Of a stretch of 64,000 nucleotides of DNA, positions 1-7,700 are shown piece by piece. A program made the translations under genes and the position numbers. This stretch comes from a virus. The stretch's first letter is position 1, and every line of letters begins with the position of its first letter. Below the pieces are notes generated by a model. That model was not told where the DNA came from and searched no databases. It saw only the letters and a program-made list of their open reading frames with translations. The stretch spans positions 64,001 through 128,000 of IMG/VR virus record IMGVR_UViG_3300045988_075126; one strand, written 5' to 3'.

Positions 1-1
1 A

Positions 2-70
2 GAATATTATGACATCTGTAACGAACTAGAAAGCGAGTTGTACGTTGGTCGTTGCGGATGGTGTATTTGA
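2..70 (+). CDS. 3' end of a CDS truncated by window edge
   Basis: Open frame from window start to TGA 68-70 (..ELESELYVGRCGWCI*), read by eye. Confidence 0.3.
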   Translation, partial: EYYDICNELESELYVGRCGWCI

Positions 71-98
71 TAGTATTTAAGAATAAACAATATAAGCA

Positions 99-278
99 AT
101 GACAAAGGAAGAAATATTGGAAAAGGCATCTGATTTTGAGGATGAAGATGAGTTTGTGAAGTGTGATAGATTGCCGTTCACTGAGGAATGGTGGCTTTTG
201 CATCAACTAGTGTATCATCTTGGCTTGACTTGTACCTATACAGGTCGTGGTTATATAATTGAAAAACTTAAAGATTAG
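99..278 (+). CDS. small hypothetical protein (59 aa)
   Basis: ATG..TAG ORF read by eye (MTKEEILEKASDF..), just under track cutoff; ends 5 nt before next ATG. Confidence 0.35.
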   Translation: MTKEEILEKASDFEDEDEFVKCDRLPFTEEWWLLHQLVYHLGLTCTYTGRGYIIEKLKD

Positions 279-282
279 TAAA

Positions 283-1059
283 ATGGAAGCGAATGATTAT
301 TTGAAGGCTATGCAAGCTATGGACGAATTGGATAGACTTGTAACCAGTGTTTATCCGGATAAGTTTAAGTTGGTCTGCAAGAAGCATGGAATAGATGAAT
401 GCGAGGCGATGAACATGTATTCGTACTTGCAAAAGATGCATAAAGGTCAGTCTTGGTTAGTTAGATACAAGCCATTGGAATATCTAGAGCGTGTATTAAC
501 TCTAGCCAGAGAAGCTTATGCGTCTTACATGAACAACGGCTTGATTCTGAGTATGGTCAATTTTGGCGATAAGTATACAAAAATACTTGTAATCTTTGAG
601 AAAGATGGCGTGAGAAGCCAACAGGAATTTGACCTTAGAGAGCAAAGAACATATGTTGATATAGCGGACTTTATTGGAAATGGTTACACCATCGTATCTG
701 TTATCCGTCAGTCTGACAATGTTGACAGCGAACAGTTTGTTGGAGAAAAGGATGAGCGAAGTCATAGTATTCCTATTTACGATGGTGATGTAATGCTTTG
801 TTACGTGAACAAACCGGAATTTTGGAGTTCAGATTGGCGTAATAGCGGACTTTATATTTGTGAGAGTGGCTCATATCATAGATTGCTATACACACCGAAT
901 AAGGGGTACGTAAGACATGGAGAGCCAGATGTAGATGAAGACTTCACCCTTGATATTGGGGAAGAATCCTTCAGTAGTTATGTTATGACTTTAGATCAGT
1001 CTTGGTATAAGTTGGGTAATGTTCATGCAGGTATAGGTTTTTTGAAGGAGAAAGAATAG
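283..1059 (+). CDS. hypothetical protein
   Basis: ORF track 259..1059 (TTG); first ATG at 283 avoids overlap with upstream small ORF. Confidence 0.6.
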   Translation: MEANDYLKAMQAMDELDRLVTSVYPDKFKLVCKKHGIDECEAMNMYSYLQKMHKGQSWLVRYKPLEYLERVLTLAREAYASYMNNGLILSMVNFGDKYTKILVIFEKDGVRSQQEFDLREQRTYVDIADFIGNGYTIVSVIRQSDNVDSEQFVGEKDERSHSIPIYDGDVMLCYVNKPEFWSSDWRNSGLYICESGSYHRLLYTPNKGYVRHGEPDVDEDFTLDIGEESFSSYVMTLDQSWYKLGNVHAGIGFLKEKE

Positions 1060-1072
1060 AAGGAGAGGAATA

Positions 1073-1144
1073 TCATTTCCCCTCCTTTGCCTTAATCTCC
1101 AGCTCGATAGGCTTGCCGCAATGAGGGCAGATGATAGCCGGAGA
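1073..1144 (-). pseudogene. orphan remnant of a Zn-ribbon C-terminus (SPAIICPHCGKPIELEIKAKEGK*)
   Basis: No start, stop codon directly upstream; core 1107-1131 matches 16096-16120 of intact gene 16065..16337 at 23/25 nt. Confidence 0.6.
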
Positions 1145-1179
1145 TTATATAAAGTGAGTCACACAAAAACTGAAAAATT

Positions 1180-1890
1180 ATGGAAATTGATAAAAGTAAA
1201 GTGTATTATTCCGTGGAGGGATTTCCTTTTAAGATTGTAAAAATGACATCAAAGTTGACTTGTATTGTTTTTGCTTTCAAACAAGGATTTATGAAAGGAG
1301 TAAGAATAGACAAGATTAACAATGTTTCTTTTCTTATAAATGGAAAAGGTTACTTTGATGTAACTACCATTGAGGAGTATTGTGATAAGTATAATTCAAA
1401 AGCGTACCAAATTTGGACTGGTATTTTATGCCGCATAGGGGTATCTGGGTATAAAGATGTGAGTGTTTGTAAGGAGTGGTTATTGTTCTCTCGTTTTGAA
1501 GAATTTCATACCAGGTGGTATCAAGAAGGTTATGCAATAGATAAAGATTTGCTTTCGGGTGATACTAAGATATATTCCCCTGATACTTGTACTTATATGC
1601 CAGGTTATTTGAACAATTCAATAACTCCCGAATTTAGTAAACGAGAATATGATTTTAAGAAATCTAATGGTATCTATTATTATGATATAGCTGATATAAA
1701 ACAACGTATTTATAGTTCCACAAAGGATGGAATTATTCACAAATACGCCATTTGTAGATGCATAAGGGTTAAAACGTATTATTCTTCGTGTTGGAAGTTT
1801 TTGCGTCCGGAAGCGAGAGAAAAGATAGAAAATATGTATCAGGTAGAACATTTAGAAAAGTATATAAAGGAACATTTAAAGGAGGATTAA
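1180..1890 (+). CDS. putative DNA-binding / homing-endonuclease-associated protein
   Basis: Segment YQIW..L.R..YKDVSVCKEW..F..F..W..GYAIDKD..YSPDTC resembles a phage family usually annotated HNH-like (from memory); flanked by duplicated gene remnants. Confidence 0.45.
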   Translation: MEIDKSKVYYSVEGFPFKIVKMTSKLTCIVFAFKQGFMKGVRIDKINNVSFLINGKGYFDVTTIEEYCDKYNSKAYQIWTGILCRIGVSGYKDVSVCKEWLLFSRFEEFHTRWYQEGYAIDKDLLSGDTKIYSPDTCTYMPGYLNNSITPEFSKREYDFKKSNGIYYYDIADIKQRIYSSTKDGIIHKYAICRCIRVKTYYSSCWKFLRPEAREKIENMYQVEHLEKYIKEHLKED

Positions 1891-1902
1891 TCCTCCTTTA
1901 AA
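1875..1902. repeat. 28-bp perfect palindrome TTTAAAGGAGGATT/AATCCTCCTTTAAA
   Basis: Read directly; covers stop of 1180..1890 and stop of minus-strand remnant, both strands encode ..LKED*. Confidence 0.9.
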
Positions 1903-1988
1903 TTAATTCCCATATTAATAGGTTTGCCACAAAGAAGCCAATTTAACTTGGTTGGCTCTATTTCGTCTTTGAAGAAATTTCCAGCTTG
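1887..1988 (-). pseudogene. second, degenerate remnant of the Zn-ribbon tail (NFFKDEIEPTKLNWLLCGKPINMGINLKED*)
   Basis: Out of frame with XRE gene 1958..2281; resembles ..SFFENDQQGTSLVCPHCGKPMNVEINLKVH* of 16065..16337. Confidence 0.5.
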
Positions 1989-2281
1989 TCAACAATAGAA
2001 CGAAGTTCTTGCAAGGAAGACGCTACAAATGTATCTCCATTTTCTGAGCGGACAAATGCACAGAAGTTAAACCTAGGCGAACACTCGCAGTAGATGTCTT
2101 CTGGGTCAACAAACAATTGCCAAGTTGGAATACCAAGAAGTTGTGCTATTTCTTCCAACCTCGCTTTTGTAGGGTTGCCATTGATAATGTTAGGGATACT
2201 TTGCTTGGTTATCCCTAACATCTTAGCAAAAGTAGTCTTTGTGATGCCTTTTTGCTTTAATATTTCTTCTAGTCTATACAT
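1958..2281 (-). CDS. XRE-family HTH transcriptional regulator
   Basis: HTH-like ITKTTFAKMLGITKQSIPNIING; divergent from early + operon; own TAccTTTG box. Confidence 0.7.
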   Translation of the reverse strand: MYRLEEILKQKGITKTTFAKMLGITKQSIPNIINGNPTKARLEEIAQLLGIPTWQLFVDPEDIYCECSPRFNFCAFVRSENGDTFVASSLQELRSIVDKLEISSKTK

Positions 2282-2322
2282 ATTATATATATATTAAATG
2301 ATTGTACGAACTTATTCGTTTG

Positions 2323-2330
2323 CAAAGGTA
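2323..2330 (-). promoter_or_regulatory. -7 box TAccTTTG for 1958..2281
   Basis: Reverse complement of caaaggta, about 40 nt upstream of ATG 2281. Confidence 0.5.
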
Positions 2331-2444
2331 CGATTAAATTACGAAAGTAAGAAGAGAATATTACTAATAAATGTGAATAAATATGGTGGTTTGAATATAT
2401 TCGTACTAACAAAGGTTAAATATAAGAAGATTTTCATACTTTCT

Positions 2445-2476
2445 CTTGGTAATATGAGAAGATATTCGTACCTTTG
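2445..2476 (+). promoter_or_regulatory. Bacteroidetes-type promoter (CTTG-20 nt-TAccTTTG)
   Basis: -33 at 2445-2448, -7 at 2469-2476, 20-nt spacer. Confidence 0.6.
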
Positions 2477-2533
2477 CAATGTCTTTAAGAGATAAAGGCT
2501 TTAAAGTTTAACTATTAATTGCTGTTATGCAGC

Positions 2534-2556
2534 CGAGTCGGCACTCGTAAAACGGT
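2534..2556 (+). promoter_or_regulatory. 5'-UTR hairpin CGAGT-cggc-ACTCG + TAAAACGGT (leader element L1)
   Basis: 18 nt upstream of ATG 2565; identical 23-mer at 16603-16625. Confidence 0.5.
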
Positions 2557-2564
2557 TTGAGGAT

Positions 2565-2903
2565 ATGACTACTTCAATTAAGAACAAGATGAGAAAGGTA
2601 ATGCAGTTGGCACATAGAGCCTATCAGTTGAAATCAAGTTCAATGTCTTGGGTTGAGTGCTTGAAACAGGCTTGGCAGGTCGTAAAGCTTGAGGCAGCGA
2701 TGAAGACCAAGGTGGTAGAGTTCTTCTTTATGAAGATGAATGGTGAGGTAAGACAAGCCTTTGGTACGCTCATCCAGAGTCACATTGACTACACTCCAAA
2801 TGGTACTGGTCATGCAGCATCAAGAGATTGCATCCGCTATTGGGATGAAGAAAAGGGCGCATGGAGACAATTCAAGGCTTACAACTTTTTGCGAGTTGCA
2901 TAA
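2565..2903 (+). CDS. conserved phage protein, paralog of 16851..17186
   Basis: Clear aa similarity over full length (..MSW.ECLKQAWQV.KL..VVEF.F.KMNGE.RQAFGTL..SHIDYTPNG..). Confidence 0.7.
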   Translation: MTTSIKNKMRKVMQLAHRAYQLKSSSMSWVECLKQAWQVVKLEAAMKTKVVEFFFMKMNGEVRQAFGTLIQSHIDYTPNGTGHAASRDCIRYWDEEKGAWRQFKAYNFLRVA

Positions 2904-2998
2904 AGATATATACACGTTCTAAGGTGTTTGGCGAGGCTTTAATAGGGGTGAGCCTTTAATCACCCCTTTAGTTTAGGACTTTTAAATTAAAATCGAAT

Positions 2999-3211
2999 AT
3001 GTTACATTCTGAGATTGTTAGTGAGTTGAAGAACATTGGTGTACAAGTAAAACCATATAATGTTCAAGATGGCTTTATGGATATGTTCGTAAATGGTGAG
3101 GTTTACGATATGTTTGTGAAGTTTGTAAAAGAGAACAACTTAGAAGTGATATATGATAACATTCATCATTGGGATATTTTCACATGGTGTGATGCTACAA
3201 TTTGGTTTTAA
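2999..3211 (+). CDS. hypothetical protein
   Basis: ORF track; co-oriented, tightly packed. Confidence 0.55.
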   Translation: MLHSEIVSELKNIGVQVKPYNVQDGFMDMFVNGEVYDMFVKFVKENNLEVIYDNIHHWDIFTWCDATIWF

Positions 3212-3231
3212 TCACAAATAGAGTATAAGAT

Positions 3232-3480
3232 ATGGAGACAATTGCTAAGTGTTTGAAAGAAGTGTTCTACAAAGGGCATCATATTACCAAGGTGGAGGAC
3301 GTATTCGGTCAGGTATTCGTTCGCATTGATAATGTAGTTGAACCGGACTATGCTAGCATAGCAGAGGCGAAACGTGTAATCAATGGTAAAGCCCCAAAGT
3401 GGTTTAATGATGGTTATATGTGGGACGAAGCCAGCAAGAAAGTTGTAAAAGACCCTAACGCTTTCCGATGGGAGGAGTAA
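3232..3480 (+). CDS. hypothetical protein
   Basis: ORF track; co-oriented, tightly packed. Confidence 0.55.
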   Translation: METIAKCLKEVFYKGHHITKVEDVFGQVFVRIDNVVEPDYASIAEAKRVINGKAPKWFNDGYMWDEASKKVVKDPNAFRWEE

Positions 3481-3779
3481 GAAAACATAAGGTAAAGAAC
3501 TTAAAACAATTGGTTATGGAAAAGTTTATTGATGGCAGTTATGTATTCGAGAAAACAAATGAGTTTCCGGATGGCTACGAAATTTGGGCGATTGGCCGAA
3601 GAAATTTCGAGCACAAAGGCTACGTACCATTGTGTGAGGTCGATGAGAACTATAACGTAAAAAGAGATACCTTGAAGGCTTTGAAAGTAAAGGATGAAGC
3701 ATTTGCTTTGGCTTTACTCTATGAAGCCGTTAAACGAGGAGTTAACAAGAAGAAGTATAACAGAATGATTAATGCATAA
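3468..3779 (+). CDS. hypothetical protein
   Basis: ORF track; alternative ATG at 3516. Confidence 0.55.
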   Translation: MGGVRKHKVKNLKQLVMEKFIDGSYVFEKTNEFPDGYEIWAIGRRNFEHKGYVPLCEVDENYNVKRDTLKALKVKDEAFALALLYEAVKRGVNKKKYNRMINA

Positions 3780-3783
3780 GAAA

Positions 3784-4080
3784 ATGGATGAGAATTTTCT
3801 GAATGTGCTCTATATCGAGCACACGGATAAAATAGGCGTTTTAAAGGACGATAAGGACGAAAGGGTATCGATTATCCTTGGGACGGACAAAACGCTTGTA
3901 GAACGCAAGAGAGACGGCAAAACGTACCTTCTTGTACCATTGACAAAGAACCACACCTTTGTCTGCAAGGGTAATTGCATTGATGTGGATGGTAAGCGTA
4001 TCAAGAGTGAAATCTTCTTTCGTAAGGATGGTACGCAGTGGATTGAGATCGATAAAGAAACGTTATCTAAGGTAGCGTAA
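3784..4080 (+). CDS. conserved phage protein, paralog of 17581..17880
   Basis: MDENFLNVLYIEH.. aligns with MDKNLKDALYVEH..; start moved to 3784 by paralog alignment. Confidence 0.65.
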   Translation: MDENFLNVLYIEHTDKIGVLKDDKDERVSIILGTDKTLVERKRDGKTYLLVPLTKNHTFVCKGNCIDVDGKRIKSEIFFRKDGTQWIEIDKETLSKVA

Positions 4081-4098
4081 TAAAAGGAGGTTTAAGCT

Positions 4099-4356
4099 AT
4101 GAAAGTATATGTAGTAATTTCTTCGTACCAACACGGATTGGGTGAAGCTGTTGAGGTTGATGCAGAAGTCTTCGATACCAGAGATAAGGCTAGAAAGGCT
4201 ATAAGACACAAAGGAATGAACACTTTGGAGAATTACAAGCGAGTTTTGAATTGCGATGATTATCTATACAATATCTCAGATTCTTTCTTCCATATCTCAG
4301 ACAGCGAAGGAGAAACGTGGGACAATTTCGACATCGTAGAACAAGAATTAAAATAA
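4099..4356 (+). CDS. hypothetical protein
   Basis: ORF track; AGGAGG 8 nt upstream of ATG. Confidence 0.55.
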   Translation: MKVYVVISSYQHGLGEAVEVDAEVFDTRDKARKAIRHKGMNTLENYKRVLNCDDYLYNISDSFFHISDSEGETWDNFDIVEQELK

Positions 4357-4363
4357 TAAAGCT

Positions 4364-4612
4364 ATGAAGATTGATGTTATCAAAAATATTATAGAAGATG
4401 CGAAGGAGTCTGGTTGCCTTGTGACAATTACACTTGTAAATGGGCAGGTATCGCATGTAAACTTCAGTAAGCAAATAAAGACGTTTACTGCTACAGATGA
4501 TGTAATCTTGGACGAAGAGGGACATCTTGTGATAATACTTGGTACGGATGGAAGTAGAGATTACATTGATAGCGATTCCGTCATTCGCATATTTAGTAAA
4601 GAAGGTGTTTAA
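4364..4612 (+). CDS. hypothetical protein (82 aa)
   Basis: ORF track; same length and weak similarity to next ORF (..YID.DS..). Confidence 0.55.
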   Translation: MKIDVIKNIIEDAKESGCLVTITLVNGQVSHVNFSKQIKTFTATDDVILDEEGHLVIILGTDGSRDYIDSDSVIRIFSKEGV

Positions 4613-4631
4613 CAATTGATTAGATAAGAAT

Positions 4632-4880
4632 ATGGATGCAGGTCATGTGAATGTGATATTAGGCGAAGCCGAGGACAAAGGTCTTAGAGGAAATATCAAC
4701 TTGGTAGGTGGAGCAAAAATAAGTTTCGACTTCAATGGTATTGGTATTGAAACATCTTTCAATTGCAATACAAAGAACAGAACACTTATGATTGGGAGTG
4801 GAAGTGCAGTAGTGTTTACACGTAAATATATTGATTGTAGCTCTATCCAGTATATTGAAGTGTTTGAACGTACAAAATAA
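4632..4880 (+). CDS. hypothetical protein (82 aa)
   Basis: ORF track; possible tandem paralog of 4364..4612. Confidence 0.5.
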   Translation: MDAGHVNVILGEAEDKGLRGNINLVGGAKISFDFNGIGIETSFNCNTKNRTLMIGSGSAVVFTRKYIDCSSIQYIEVFERTK

Positions 4881-4897
4881 TTATAGGAGACAAGAAT

Positions 4898-5182
4898 ATG
4901 AATATACTAGACTATTATGAGGTTGTCACCTCAAAGATTTTCAAGTTGGAAAGCATGAACGAGGGGCTTGTATTGATAGCACCGGAGCAGGAGGTAGATG
5001 GAGTCCGTTCCTTGATGGTGGGACTATATGTGCCAGAGCATGAACGATACAAGATGTATACTTTCCGTTCCTCTATGAACGAGGGTGAACTTGGCGACAA
5101 GTACAAGGCGATGGTCGGCACGATGGATGTGCTTAAACCGGATTGGGACAGAATTAGAAAGAAAAGACGGAAGAGGATTTAA
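4898..5182 (+). CDS. hypothetical protein
   Basis: ORF track; GGAG upstream. Confidence 0.55.
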   Translation: MNILDYYEVVTSKIFKLESMNEGLVLIAPEQEVDGVRSLMVGLYVPEHERYKMYTFRSSMNEGELGDKYKAMVGTMDVLKPDWDRIRKKRRKRI

Positions 5183-5367
5183 CCTCTTACCGCCTTAAGG
5201 ATGCATTCGTTGATGAAGTCACTCTTGTTTCCATCTAAAGAATTGAGGATGTCGAGTGTTTCTTCTGTGGCAGAAAAGAACATACGTTTAGCGCATTTCT
5301 TCTTGCGTCCACAGCCTTCTCTTGCACCTCCCCATGACTTGGCTGTCTTTTCTTCGTTTGTGTCCAT
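5179..5367 (-). CDS. small basic DNA-binding-like protein
   Basis: WGGAREGCGRKKK basic motif common in small phage regulators (memory); lone minus-strand gene between + genes. Confidence 0.55.
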   Translation of the reverse strand: MDTNEEKTAKSWGGAREGCGRKKKCAKRMFFSATEETLDILNSLDGNKSDFINECILKAVRG

Positions 5368-5377
5368 ACGTTAAAAA

Positions 5378-5409
5378 TTTGGTGGTTTGAAATAAATTTC
5401 GTACCTTTG
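5378..5409 (+). promoter_or_regulatory. Bacteroidetes-type promoter (TTTG-20-TAccTTTG)
   Basis: -33 5378-5381, -7 5402-5409; fires toward minus-strand promoter 5608-5639. Confidence 0.55.
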
Positions 5410-5419
5410 CAACGAAATC

Positions 5420-5457
5420 CCAAGGTGGGAGGCGGTGGGCAGCACCACCTCCCTTGG
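5420..5457. other. GC-rich interrupted hairpin (14 bp in three helices)
   Basis: CCAAGG..GAGG.GGTG / CACC.CCTC.CCTTGG paired by eye. Confidence 0.6.
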
Positions 5458-5607
5458 AGTTAGAATAATCTAATCGTGAATGATAAGATTTCTATTTTCC
5501 AAATCTTCAATGAAACTTTGAGAACGTTCATAAGACTTTGGGATTTCATTTTACCTACTCTTTCAGGTTTTCGGCATCCCCTTTGTAATCTCTCTTTGAT
5601 TACACTG

Positions 5608-5639
5608 CAAAGATACGAAAAATATTTGAAATATGCAAA
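5608..5639 (-). promoter_or_regulatory. Bacteroidetes-type promoter (TTTG-20-TAtcTTTG) on minus strand
   Basis: caaagata 5608-5615 and caaa 5636-5639 on + strand; about 235 nt upstream of ATG 5367. Confidence 0.55.
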
Positions 5640-5686
5640 CTATTTCAAGATTATTTTAAGAAAACATGAAAATAAATTAGAGTTTT

Positions 5687-5718
5687 CTTGCATTTTTCAA
5701 AGGTTTTTGCTACCTTTG
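5687..5718 (+). promoter_or_regulatory. Bacteroidetes-type promoter (CTTG-20-TAccTTTG)
   Basis: Upstream of ASCH gene 5747. Confidence 0.6.
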
Positions 5719-5746
5719 CAGATGTAAACAATAAAACAATGAGCTT

Positions 5747-6151
5747 ATGAAAGTATTATCAATTCGCCAGCCGTATGCTTGGTTAATCGCTATCGGCTGC
5801 AAGACCATTGAAAACAGAACCTGGAATAGAAAGTTCCGTGGTCGTTTCCTTATTCATGCTAGCCAAGCCAAACCCGAAAAACTTGACGGATGGCAGGAGA
5901 GCGCAATGAAGAAATATTGCCAAGAGCATGGTATTGTTATTCCGGACTTCAAAGACTTGCCAACGTCAGCCATTATCGGCAGCGTAGAGTTGGATGATAT
6001 TCAATTCCATGAGGCTTATCCGGATGCGTTTGCTGAAGATTTTCAGTATCACTGGTTCTTGAAGAATGCTAAATTGTTCGATGAGCCGATTAGAAACGTC
6101 AAAGGCAAGTTGTTCCTCTGGGATTATGAGTACAATGAAGCTGAAAAGTAA
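5747..6151 (+). CDS. ASCH domain protein
   Basis: N-terminus LSIRQPYAWLIAIGCKTIENRTW..GRFLIHAS typical of ASCH fold. Confidence 0.75.
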   Translation: MKVLSIRQPYAWLIAIGCKTIENRTWNRKFRGRFLIHASQAKPEKLDGWQESAMKKYCQEHGIVIPDFKDLPTSAIIGSVELDDIQFHEAYPDAFAEDFQYHWFLKNAKLFDEPIRNVKGKLFLWDYEYNEAEK

Positions 6152-6266
6152 AATAACAATACTTCTGTAATAAAAATACAAGTCGTTGAAAATTAGAGCA
6201 AAAGTATTTGTTATTCTCTAGAGTAGATAAGAATCAAATGTAAATATATTATTAAACGTTTAGATC

Positions 6267-6740
6267 ATGAAGAAGGTCTTATATTTTATTTCTTTTGTTG
6301 TGCTTTTGTTGACTAGTTGTACATCAAAGGAAAACAAAGCAGATGCCCTTATTAAGGCAAGAGGGTTTGAATGCGCCAATGTAGAGAAGTTAGAGGAATT
6401 TCAATGCAATCCTGCTTCTACCGAAATGATTATGGTTGCTTATAATAGTTTGTGGCGCAACGACTCGTTGTCTAGGAATATGCATTTGTCTAGTAGTAAT
6501 ATCAATTATGTTTGTAATGAGATACAAAGACAAGAGCAAAATGCAAAAAATCTGTTGGAAAAAGCTGATGAGATTGGCATGATTAATAATCATACAGAAT
6601 TATGTGGTTATTATGTTGTTATCTCTCCCGATAAGATTAATGGTGCGTATATAGACAAAAATAGAAAATGTACAAGGTATGAGGTCTTCTTTGATAAAGA
6701 TGTCGAACGCATCATAGGAATACATCCAATTCGTAAATAA
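6267..6740 (+). CDS. lipoprotein, function unknown
   Basis: Signal peptide + lipobox LLLTSC. Confidence 0.65.
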   Translation: MKKVLYFISFVVLLLTSCTSKENKADALIKARGFECANVEKLEEFQCNPASTEMIMVAYNSLWRNDSLSRNMHLSSSNINYVCNEIQRQEQNAKNLLEKADEIGMINNHTELCGYYVVISPDKINGAYIDKNRKCTRYEVFFDKDVERIIGIHPIRK

Positions 6741-6800
6741 ACGAATTAACAGGTTTAGTGTTGTAAAGTTAGTATATTGACAATTTAAATAAATGTGATT

Positions 6801-7520
6801 ATGAAGAAGAAATTAATAATTGCCATCATCGCAGCTATCGTTGTGATAGGTGGCGGCATTGGTGGTTATGTGTACCATTCTAACCAAGTGAAGGCAGAGA
6901 AGCTAGCTGATTACAAAAAGGCATTGCAGGGTTTTTATGAAGGTGAAAGAGACATGACCTATGGAATTGACTTTATCCTTACTGATTATTTAGCTAATTG
7001 GAGTGGAGCGATACATAATCAAAAAGCATTGGACAAGACAAACAAAGTGGTTGATTGTGAATCTTTTAATGATGCACTTTCAATGAGATATACATTTTAT
7101 ACAAGATTTGGTGCTTTCAACACTATTGATAGTGCCTATATAGCTTTAGGTAAATATTTAGAAACTATAAAAAACAATGCGAAAGAAGAAAATTCTGATG
7201 TAGTAAAACTTTGCGAAAAGCAGTATGAGGAGTTGAGTAATGCAATTACTATGGCAAAAGACCCAAATGGTTCTTATATGGAATTTTCTATGCAGAAAGG
7301 AAATTGTTTTCAAAAATTATATAGTACAGACCGAATATTGGCATCAAAAGGGAATGTTATAAAAAAAGATTTAGGAAGTCTGAATATGGCAGTTCATGGA
7401 GAGCTTTTTCTAGTAGATAGAAATTTAAAGACCAAGGAAGGTTATAAGGAGTATAGTAAAAGAGAGGGGATGCTTATGGATATTTCCTGGAGATTACAAA
7501 ATGTTGATTACGATGATTAG
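6801..7520 (+). CDS. N-terminally membrane-anchored protein
   Basis: MKKKLIIAIIAAIVVIGGGIGGYVY TM helix; ATG 6801 inside track ORF 6795. Confidence 0.6.
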   Translation: MKKKLIIAIIAAIVVIGGGIGGYVYHSNQVKAEKLADYKKALQGFYEGERDMTYGIDFILTDYLANWSGAIHNQKALDKTNKVVDCESFNDALSMRYTFYTRFGAFNTIDSAYIALGKYLETIKNNAKEENSDVVKLCEKQYEELSNAITMAKDPNGSYMEFSMQKGNCFQKLYSTDRILASKGNVIKKDLGSLNMAVHGELFLVDRNLKTKEGYKEYSKREGMLMDISWRLQNVDYDD

Positions 7521-7559
7521 ATAGTTTTTATATAGAAGAAAAATAAGTAAACAAGACCT

Positions 7560-7594
7560 AGCCTTCTGCATGTGAATGTGGAAGGCTTTTTTTG
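7560..7594 (+). terminator. rho-independent terminator
   Basis: AGCCTTC-14 nt-GAAGGCT followed by T7. Confidence 0.7.
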
Positions 7595-7700
7595 TGTCTA
7601 GACCTTATTCTTTGCACTTAAAGCTTTTGTGAAATCACACCTTTTAATTCATTCGTTATTCCTTTGATTATTAGCTAATTTTGCCAATAAAAAGTAAAAT

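Noticed and set aside
5476-5727. 83-aa ORF (GTG start) in the track
   Set aside because: It spans two promoter boxes and the minus-strand promoter. It has low-complexity composition and no ATG. It is better explained as a regulatory or non-coding region.
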